From contig CATNEN010000001.1 in the NCBI GenBank assembly GCA_950097015.1, forward strand, positions 8,122,001 to 8,186,000: DNA of 64,000 nucleotides. Reading direction: 5' to 3'. Under the pieces are notes generated by a model, which worked only from the letters and a program-made list of their open reading frames with translations, did not search any database and was not told the origin of the DNA. Each line of letters starts with the position of its first letter. Position 1 is the first letter of the stretch. This stretch comes from Macrostomum hystrix (Eukaryota > Animalia > Platyhelminthes). Shown in pieces: positions 54,487-64,000 of the stretch. Both the position numbers and the translations under genes were made by a program.

Positions 54487-55021
54487 GCTCTACAATTTTC
54501 ATTGTGCCAGTATAGCTATTTGAGAACAGTGTGTGAATATAAATATTTGATTGCTTTGTGGTACTGTTCATGAAGGAGCCTTATTACAGCTGGGCAGTGT
54601 CTTATTGTACTCTATAATATTGATGTATTCAATGGTAATCAAGTTTAGGAAAAGGAGACTTCACACAGCGCTAAACAATACGCCATTTTGGGTGTCACAA
54701 AATAACTTGCTAGGTAAACAAAGCTTTTTTTCAAGACTAACTTTATTTAGTCTTTCATTGATTCAGGACATTTTTTGCATTGATTCCGGACCATTGTTTC
54801 CATTCATTACGCTCGTAAAGACTTTTCTTACTATTCTTTCAAGTTATTCAGGACCATTCTTTCCATTGAATCAGGACCATTTTATCAAGTGATTCAGGAC
54901 GTGCTTCAGGAACATTCTTTGCATTGATTCAGGACCATTATTTCCAGTGATTCTGAGCTTTTATCTCCAGACATTTAGGACTGTTCAGGAGTTGTCAGAA
55001 TATAAATGGATGCGTTTGCAG

Positions 55022-55313
55022 AGGTTGTAGCCTCTGTAGTGGTTAGGGCGTCAGACTCACGACTTGAGGTCGGGGGTTCGACTCCCGACTCCACTGGAAC
55101 AATTTGCGTCCTTTAGCAAGACACTTAACTCTGCATTGCTTCAGTTCACCCAGCTGTTAAATGGGTACCAGCATCAGCTGGGATAATTGAAGGTGGGTGT
55201 GGCGTCCCCCCAGTCCGTGGACTGAACAGCTGTACGCAGCCTTCAGATGCGCCGCGCATTAGCTGCGGCTGTGCTGTCGGCTGCACATCTGACCCAATTG
55301 GGGCAGGTGTAAT
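55022..55313 (+). mobile_element. tRNA-derived SINE family B with CORE-like central domain
   Basis: Head GTAGCC...GTGGTTAGGGCG...GGTTCGACTCC, then CCTTTAGCAAGACACTTAACTCTGCATTGCTTCAGTTCACCCAGCTGTTAAATGGGTACC, which resembles the MIR/CORE domain; 3' terminal hairpin. Confidence 0.8.
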
Positions 55314-55861
55314 CAATTATATCAGAATATAAAATATTTTGTAAGACACGTTATGTGACTGTTTTGTTTTTGCAAAACAATAACAAATTGTTTTGTTTTG
55401 TATACTTCGCGTCGTTTGTATTTATTCTCTTCAACCATAACCTTTGAAAAAGACTTTAGAAAAGAAACTCAAACATTCCAGAAGGATATGCAACAATAAA
55501 GTGTAATTTGTGTAGCTACATGTTGATTTAGGCTTGTAATATGATTAACATCAGATAAAACAAAGCAGAAATGTCAATCAAATGGGTGTGTGAGTGGCTG
55601 TGTTTTTAGAAGTCTAATATATATTAAGAGACATAGTAACAGCGGGTTATTGTTGGCATGCTACTGACATTTTAAAGGATACAAGCGACTAGTTGAAAAC
55701 GTGTCTAACTCTATCTCTTTTGTTATAATTGATACAATAAACAACTCATAGATAAGCATTAAAATTGATTTCTTATGCAAGAAGTTTATCTTATGGGGAT
55801 CTAAATATTTTAGGGAATAAGCCTTTAAAATAATTTAAAATATTTCCTACTTATCACGAAC

Positions 55862-56023
55862 TGGTAAGTAGTAACGTTAGAGTGTTCCTCTCGCACGGTC
55901 GCTGAGCTCGATACCGCGGCGAGACCACATTAATTTGGGGTATCTGGCCAACCTACAAAGCACAGTGAAAGTGTACACAGACTCACAAAGAGAAAGTCAG
56001 TGCAGATGTACACACCTGTGTGA
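55862..56023 (+). mobile_element. Deleted SINE family A copy
   Basis: CCTCTCGCAC...GAGCTCGAT...GCACAGTGAAAGTGTACAC. Confidence 0.7.
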
Positions 56024-56223
56024 GTTCTACTCTTACCAAATGATTTTCTAGTGCGAGTATAAAAAAAGTAATTATCAAACAATAGCTGAAAAATGACAAG
56101 AGAACACAGAATTTGTGATAGTGAATAAATAATGTTGCAGTTTTCAAAAATTTACATGACCCAGTTGTAAAACTGACATCTCAGTACTGTTATCGCGTTT
56201 TGTGTAGCATGGCAGCATTGTGT

Positions 56224-56861
56224 CTAGTGTCGCCTCGGTTGCACAAACAGAACTCCGTGATAAGCTAGTCCATTTAGCTCCATTGAGATGGTCACTGAGG
56301 CTTCCGAGGGACCTAGGCTACCTGAAACAGTTCAAATTGAATCTGCAGTAACTTTCTATTCATCGTCAGGCAGTTGTTATGTTGTATGTTCTCTCTCTCT
56401 TGGAGTTGGTCGTCGGCCCTCGTGTGCCGAATTGCAAAGGATTCTAGCTCAGTGACTTTAATGCTAGAGTCCTGATACACTTACTATAGGGAACAACTGC
56501 CATTTTTCGAATGAATACTCGAGTTTAAAATCGGGCTTACCTCCGTTTCCGTGTAGTTTTATTGCTGGATGAGTTAGCGACGTTGGCAGCGGTGGAATCG
56601 GCTGCTGCTGCTGTTGCTGCTGCTGCATGTGGGGCAGTGTCGGTGGCGGCTGCAGTGGCCCAGGGTTCCCGGCGAATGGCATCGTCGGAAACGGCGGCGG
56701 AAATAGGAAGCCTCCGGGGCTGCCGCTCAGCATCCGCTTCTGAGCTCCCCGACTGCCAGACCCGCCGCCACCGCTGCTGCTGTTGCTGCCACCGCCGCTG
56801 CTGCTGGCGCTGTTGTTGCCTAGCTCTTCTGTGCTAGCTACATTACCCGGTGTTCCATTCC

Positions 56862-56896
<35 letters not shown>

Positions 56897-59145
56897 TGTC
56901 CGTTGAACCTCTTGATGGCCGGGGTGAGCTCCACTGGCTCGTGTTGTTGGCTTTGGTGTCGACGTTTAATTCCTGCAGTTTCTGCAGAATCTTTTCCGAT
57001 CATCGCCGGCGGTGTGAGGGCAGGCGGCGGAGGCGGCGGAGGCGGCGGTGGCAGCGACGGATGCAACGGATGATGCAGCAGTGGATGAGGAAAATGATGA
57101 CCTCCAGCTTGATGCATGAGCGGCGGAGTCAGGCTTTGAAAGTCGCATTCTGCTTTTAATAATGGTCAGAGAAAGAGTGGAGTATAAATATACATCTACA
57201 GATAGTGTCTATTGGCATCTACGTGTCTATGGACATCTACTGATATTGTCTATGGACATATTCAGATTGTGTTTATCGACATCCTCAGATTTTGACCACA
57301 GAAGTTCAAAGACAGTTGTACATAGTGACAGTTGTCTTGAGAGAAGCACTCACCGCTGATAGCCTTGCCGAGTCCCATCAGCGACCCCCGATGATGGTGA
57401 TAGCCTAGCAACGGGGGCAGGTGTCCCATAGCTGCGGCTGCAGCGGCGGCGGCTGCTGCGGCTGCACTCGACGTGCAATCGAAGCCGGGATAGCCAGGCC
57501 GGCGACCCTCGCGACGATTGCCATCGATGGCGGCCTGCAGTTCGCCTGGCGAGCTCAGTTTCAGCTTTTCGCACTCGTATGGATAGAGGTACTTCATGTA
57601 CCTTGAGGGAATTTGACGGGTTTTTTATTTGGTGTTAAATCAGATATTCTCTCCCTATTTTACTACTTTCAACAGCTATAGCTATAAGTAGTATGTATGC
57701 AAAATTGTGTCTATGTACATCGACGGACGTCTATGGAGGGGTTTTTAGCCTAGTGTTTAGAGCGTCGGACTCTCGACTTGGTGGTCAGTGGTTCGAATTC
57801 TGACTCACAAGAGCAAGACACGTAAATAATTGGTCTTATTTTTCTAATTGGTCTAATTGTATAATCTGGCACCCATTGGGCATGTCTTATAGTTTATAGT
57901 GATAAGTTCGGAAGGTCGGAGGTTCGATCCTGACTCCACATGCAGAAAAAATTATTTAGCAATATTAAAAATAATAATCGCAGGAGGGCTGCGGGTAATT
58001 TCACATTATTTCGTGGTACTAGACCCTCAGCCAGCGAGGAGGCAATTCTGCCAATTTCGCTGACTCCTGAGCACACACGCACACAGATACGGTACGCAGG
58101 CACACGCTCACACAGGTGTGTACACCTGCCGTGAATTCTCATCGTCAGGCAGTGTACAGTTCACTGTGCCTTTGAGGTTGGCCCTCGAGCACAAGGAGCT
58201 TAGGGATGTTGGTGCGAGAGGCAAACGCGTTAACTGCTCTGCCACTGAGCCCCATGTAATTTAGCAATACATAACAAATATAACAAGAACAGAAAGGTTT
58301 AATGACTTACTGAGTTCGCAGTGTGAAGGCCGCACTAGTGATAGATGAGGGCAAGCTGAGGCCTTTGGTTATCTCGCGCCATAGCTTCTTGTTGATGACC
58401 TCCACTAAGCCGCCCTTGGTTACAACTAAGCGAAATAGTTCATACAGGTCTAACACCTGTTTGGCCATGATTGGTATGCGATTCACAGGTGTGCCTGGAT
58501 GAGGTTAAGAAATAGGAGAAACTTCCGATGGCTTGATCGATATTCCAGATCCTAGGGGGGGACTAGCATAAATAAATCACTGCGCGATTTAGCCTATAGT
58601 GACACCAAACAGCCTCCCACCCACACACAATGGTCCTGACGACACCCGAATCGCCGCGTCGCCATGGCAACTAGAATCATATGTCTGGACAATTGCCACT
58701 AATGAAGATTGATAAGCACCATTTGGGGGGTCTGTTTTGAAGCATTGCGCGTCTGCCCGGAGAGTGACTAGAAAATTGAATGTCTAAAATTTGAAATGCT
58801 TGTTTTAATTAAAGCCGAAAATAATGTTAGCCAGAGAATGGTCAATTTAAAAATAGATCAACAGAAAAGACAAGAGACAAAATAGAAGTGAAAAGCATTG
58901 CGTGATGTCGTTTTTTAGAAAGTAATTATAAGTGGGATCTTTCGGTGCCCTCTAGTAATACTCTTTCTTTAGCGCTGTGCTTCGTAAATGATGTCGTTGA
59001 TAATGATGAGGCATTTTCCGCATTCCCATCCCAGGAGACTGAACTGGAAATTCCGACAGTTGTTTGAAATATCAAATATTTCGCTTATTTTGAAATACTG
59101 TTTAGGGGCGTTTTGTCTTAAAATGAAATTGCCAAAATAACTAAA

Positions 59146-59176
<31 letters not shown>

Positions 59177-60717
59177 TATATTTGAAGACACACTAAGACA
59201 GCTAATGTGCTTTGCCATGTATCTGTCTAAACTGCATTTTCCCTATTCATCTATGTTAGAGGCTTGTAATTCCCGTGTGCCAATTAACTTGCTAGTGTAG
59301 CTTGCCTGCATGGCTTAGCTAAATTTTCACTGTCTAATCATCTAACTCGCTCGTGTGTCGGCCATTTTAGTGAACAAAAAAGCTGTATATTAGTTTCTTA
59401 TTTTCCTAGAGAGCGAAATACTAATTATCACTATTGGGAATTGAGTGTGTCCTCGCGGCTGTGCTGTCTAACGGCATCCGATTACTTTGCCGTTTTTTGA
59501 AGCGATGTCTTTGAAATTATCTGGCAACCTTTCAATAGTCAGTGTACTGTGCTGCGAAAGTTTCATGCACGTGTGGCAGACAAAAAGGGATAATCAGACG
59601 GAGTGAAGGAGAGTGACAGTGAGTAAGGGAGAGTGACAGTGTACTAGAGAGAGTGACAGTGTGTTAGAGAGAGTGACAGTGTACTAGAGAGAGTGACAGT
59701 GTGTTAGAGAGAGTGACAGTGAGTAAGGGAGAGTGACAGTGAGTAAGAGAGAGTGACAGTGAGTAAGGGAGAGTGACAGTGAGTAAGAGAGAGTGACAGT
59801 GTACTAGAGAGAGTGACAGTGTGTTAGAGAGAGTGACAGTGAGTAAGAGAGAGTGACAGTGTGTTAGAGAGAGTGACAGTGTGTTAGAGAGAGTGACAGT
59901 GAGCAAGAGAGTGACAGTGTGTTAGAGAGAGTGACAGTGAGCAAGAGAGAGTGACAGTGAGCAAGAGAGAGAGTGACAGTGTGTTAGAGAGAGTGACAGT
60001 GAGCAAGAGAGAGTGACAGTGAGCAAGAGAGAGTGACAGTGAGCAAGAGAGAGAGTGACAGTGAGCAAGAGAGAGTGACAGTGAGCAGGAGAGAGAGTGA
60101 CAGTGAGCAAGAGAGAGTGACAGTGAGCAAGAGAGAGTGACAGTGAGCAAGAGAGAGTGACAGTGTGTTATATAGAGTGACAGTGAGCAAGAGAGAGAGT
60201 GACAGTGAGCAAGAGAGAGTGACAGTGAGCAAGAGAGAGAGTGACAGTGAGCAAGAGAGAGTGACAGTGTGTTAGAGAGAGTGACAGTGAGCAAGAGAGA
60301 GTGACAGTGAGCAAGAGAGAGTGACAGTGTGTTATAGAGAGTGACAGTGAGCAAGAGAGAGTGACAGTGTGTTATAGAGAGTGACAGAAAGTGAAAAGGA
60401 GAGAGCCGCTGTAAGCGAACGAGATAGTGACAGAATTAGAGTGAGAGAGAGAGACAAGTAGTGTCTGAGGGAGGCTGAAATAGAGCTTGGCGGGGTGACA
60501 GAGCGAGTGACAGGCGAGTTGGAGTGAGACAGAGAGAACAGAGAGCGAGTAGATAAGCTAAGAAAGAGATCAGAATTTTGTGAGAGTGCTTAAAATGCAT
60601 GTATCGTTGACCCTAGCAATAAATAACAGTCAGATTGCACTCACCTCTGCGCTGCATGAATGCGAACAGGTCGTCCAGAAATTGCTTTCTCTTCGGCTCA
60701 TCAGTCAGCTCGTACAG
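56224..60717 (-). CDS. ARID3: ARID3 / dead ringer (retained) transcription factor, ARID domain to C-terminus; 5' exons not identified
   Basis: Exons 60717-60645 (LYELTDEPKRKQFLDDLFAFMQRR), 58494-58311 (TPVNRIPIMAKQVLDLYELFRLVVTKGGLVEVINKKLWREITKGLSLPSSITSAAFTLRTQ), 57601-57354 (YMKYLYPYEC...ELQAAIDGNRREGRR), 57149-56541 (polyQ/P/G), 56321-56224 (ISMELNGLAYHGVLF, REKLES-beta-like; TAG). Confidence 0.93.
57965..58253 (-). mobile_element. SINE family A copy
   Basis: Head, body and intact 3' hairpin followed by an (ATT)n tail on the minus strand. Confidence 0.85.
58658..58671. promoter_or_regulatory. Near-consensus RFX X-box in ARID3 intron
   Basis: GTCGCCATGGCAAC, 13/14 match to GTTGCCATGGCAAC. 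Confidence 0.45.
59605..60390. repeat. ~20-bp minisatellite (GAGAGAGTGACAGTGAGCAA)n
   Basis: Direct reading; ARID3 intron. Confidence 0.96.
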
Positions 60718-61027
60718 CTGCAATGGGCAGGTGTTGCGCGTGTTTTGCTGGCTTTTCGTAAATTTGGGATCTTCACAGGCCAAACTATTAAAGTAGAAAT
60801 GGTTGTTAAAGTTGTTCGAAATTGGTTTTCAAATGCGGCTTTTCCATTTTCTAGCATTGTTTCGTCTGATTCATTGATAATATTTACGATTCAGCTGGGC
60901 TGTATTTTCGGCTCCAGTTGCAACCCTAATCTGCTTATCGTGTTCTTGTTCGTGTTGCTAAGCAATCATTTACGAGCTATTTTGGAAACCAGGTGGTAGA
61001 ATATATAGAATGAGCCGAATTTCAACT

Positions 61028-61795
61028 GGGATTCTGCGGCATGGGATTTCTAGGATAGGATTCTTCGGGATGAGATTCTTCGGACGTGATTCTTTAGGAT
61101 GGGATTTTTCAGGATGGGATTCTTCAGGATGGGATTCTTCTGGATGAGATTCTTCAGGATGGGATTCTTCAGGATGGGATTCTTCGGGATGGAATTCTTC
61201 AGGATGGGATTCTTTAGGATAGGATTCTTCAGGATGGGATTCTTCAGGATGGGATTCTTCTGGATGAGATTCTTCAGGATGGGATTCTTCAGGATGGGAT
61301 TCTTCGGGATGGAATTCTTCAGGATAGGATTCTTTAGGATAGGATTCTTCGGGATGAGATTCTTCGGACGTGATTCTTTAGGATGGGATTTTTCAGGATG
61401 GGATTCTTCAGGATGGGATTCTTCTGGATGAGATTCTTCAGGATGGGATTCTTCAGGATGGGATTCTTCGGGATGGAATTCTTCAGGATGGGATTCTTTA
61501 GGATAGGATTCTTCAGGATGGGATTCTTCAGGATGTGATTCTTCAGGATAGGATTCTTCAGGATGGGATTCTTCGGGATGGAATTCTTCAGGATGGGATT
61601 CTTTAGGATAGGATTCTTCAGGATGGGATTCTTCAGGATGTGATTCTTCAGGATAGGATTCTTCAGGATGGGATTCTTCAGGATGTGATTCTTCAGGATA
61701 GGATTCTTCAGGATGGGATTCTTCAGGATAGGATTCTTCAGGATAGGATTCTTCAGGATGTGATTCTTCAGGAGGGGATACTTCACGGTCGGGAT
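61028..61795. repeat. 15-bp minisatellite (GGATGGGATTCTTCA)n
   Basis: Direct reading. Confidence 0.96.
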
Positions 61796-62547
61796 ATTTA
61801 GAATAATTTTTTTTTCTGATCAGGGTTATAAACAGTCACATTAAAATTATAGTCTATCTTTTTCAGCTTTAAAAAAAGACAATGCCTTCAGTTTTCTTCT
61901 AATAGCAGACCATGAACAGATCGATTTCACTAATCCTTTAGGCAAGCAGTTCCGTGTATTTAAGCAACACTGCTAACCAAATATAAGTATGGCTTGCTCC
62001 GATTTCTGAGAACCACCTGCTCACTCACACCTTGCTAAATAAGTAGAAAAAATATCAACGCTCATTTTTGCTGCTCAAATTTCTTAGAAACTGTTGCTCA
62101 ACAACTTGCTAGTTTTGTGTTTCCAGGTGCTTCTCTGCTAATTAAATCACACCCGCCAGCTTCAAATGCTCAACCTCCGCAGACTCAGCTTAGCAAATAT
62201 TCCTACTGTGTTTGCGGCGAAACATGTTCAATAATTGCAGATTCTTAACTAGCTATCGCTTTTAGAATTTTTTTGTTTCTTAATTTTTTTCCTAACAAAG
62301 CGAGAGTGAGAAGAGGGAAGATATTTGACACGGGATTTGCGTGAGAATTGCCTGTTCAAACGCAATATTTTATACCAATACTGGCGCTTGGGTTGTTTGA
62401 CTTGAAACACGGCAACCACATAATCCGCTTAAAAAGTAGAACACAAAATACGAGTAGTGTGAAATTATTTGTCAATAAATTTTTATACATTATTAGAGTC
62501 TTCCATTGTTCTAAGAAATACATGGAGAGACGATAGGGAGAGAGATT

Positions 62548-63153
62548 GGATTCTTCAGGATGGGATTCTCTAGGATAGGATTCTTCAGCATGGGATTCTT
62601 TAGTTTGGGATTCTGCGTGATGGGATTCTTTAGAATGGGATTCTTTAGAATGGGATTCTTTAGAATGGGATTCTTTAGAATGGGATTCTTTAGTATGGGA
62701 TTATTTTTGGATGAGATTCTTTCGGATGGGATTCTTTAGGTTGGGGTTCTTCAGGATGGGATTCTTTGTGTTGGGATTCTTTTGGATGGGATTCTTCGTG
62801 TTGGGATTCGTTAGGATGGGATTCTTTAGGATTGGATTCTTCAGGATCGGGGGATAAAAGGAGAGATTCTTCGTTATGGGAATCTTCAGGATGGGATTCT
62901 TTAGGATGGGATTCTTCGTGATGGGATTCTTCAGGATTGGATTCTTTAGGATGGGATTCTTTAGGATGGGATTCTTCAGGATTGGATTCTATAGGATGGG
63001 ATTCTTCAGGGTGGGAATCTTCAGGATGGGATTCTTCAGGATTGGATTCTATAGGATTGGATTCTTTAGGATGGGATTCTTCAGGATGGGATTCTTCAGG
63101 ATGGGATTTTTCAGGATGACATTCTTTAGGATGGAATTCTTTAGGGTGGGATT
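62548..63153. repeat. 15-bp minisatellite, same family as 61028-61795
   Basis: Direct reading. Confidence 0.95.
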
Positions 63154-64000
63154 CACAACAGTCTCATTGTGCAGGACTTGTAATGGCGGTGACATTTACA
63201 ACACGGCAATATATTTCTCGGCATTAGCAAATAGCAATAGGCTATCATTGATTGTCAGTTATTTTGCCTGCACTGACAAGTCATGACAGGCGGACACTGT
63301 GCGGCATTGGTTGCAACAAACTGTCCGACTTTCCAAAGATTGATTATACCAGATTAAATGTTTGACTGGACGCACTCAACTTATTCCATTCTGAAACTGT
63401 TCGACCTCATAATAATACCTGAAGCTACTGCACCCTAGTTGATTTATCTAACAGATCACTATTCCGATATACACATTCGCTAGATAGATAGATAGCTGAC
63501 AATGATAGATAGATCTATAGATATAGATAAATGGTCAAGCATTTTAGGTAGAATTTATTCCGCCAAAGTCTAGTTTTTTGTCAGCCTCTTCAATGCTGTT
63601 TACGAGTTGAATAAATTGTCTGTATATATACATACTTTGTCCTATGGTTGTATTGTAGTTGCTGCAGCCATATATGCGCGCAATATTTTTGCTTTGTTAG
63701 AATTCGTGTCACTAAATTGTGTGCAGTTCAAATCGATTTGAAAATTTGACAAAGTTACAACTCCGATACTGTCATGGCAGAGGTGAGTTAGAGATTTCGT
63801 GTCAACAACTTGATGTATGAGCTAAAATATTTTGACGGATAATGGTTACATCTCTCTCTCCTTTTTATTTACGTCAAAATTCAATTGCAGACTATTTTTT
63901 CACATCTTCACAAAGAGAATATTTGTTTGCGTGTTTGCGCTGTCGTGCGCTCCGTTTCGCTAAAAAAATTGGGATAAATATTCATTGTAATTGACAAAGG

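Noticed and set aside
55022-55095. tRNA gene
   Set aside because: A/B boxes are present, but it runs into a SINE body and recurs in diverged copies; it is a SINE head.
61099-63286. MGFFR / NPILK repeat proteins
   Set aside because: Products of the 15-bp minisatellite.

Overview
Eukaryotic (metazoan) genomic DNA with GT-AG introns. Very dense intronic minisatellites, CAG/GCG homopolymer codon runs and the gene set resemble a free-living flatworm such as Macrostomum; this is an inference, not a species call. Five protein-coding genes were reconstructed by hand from splice sites. (1) The 3' ~1,990 codons of a giant, ~23-exon CCDC162-like coiled-coil gene on + (1626-25160). (2) A single-exon rhodopsin-type peptide GPCR on -. 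(3) A complete 3-exon UAP56/DDX39 helicase on -. (4) An 8-exon NSUN7-like gene on - whose catalytic motif-VI Cys is replaced by Arg. (5) The ARID/REKLES part of an ARID3/dead-ringer gene on -. Most long ORFs in the track are minisatellite artefacts. The non-coding DNA holds about 20 minisatellite arrays, two tRNA-derived SINE families and several MITE-like elements. The most interesting leads are a 34-bp intronic minisatellite whose unit carries an RFX X-box-like site (about 25 copies), X-boxes at NSUN7 and near other genes, and the NSUN7 pseudoenzyme substitution. A further lead is an ORF-less, CpG-depleted ~4.3-kb domain head-to-head with DDX39 that contains a strongly base-paired GC island (candidate unannotated ncRNA gene). 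No complete new system can be proven from sequence alone.
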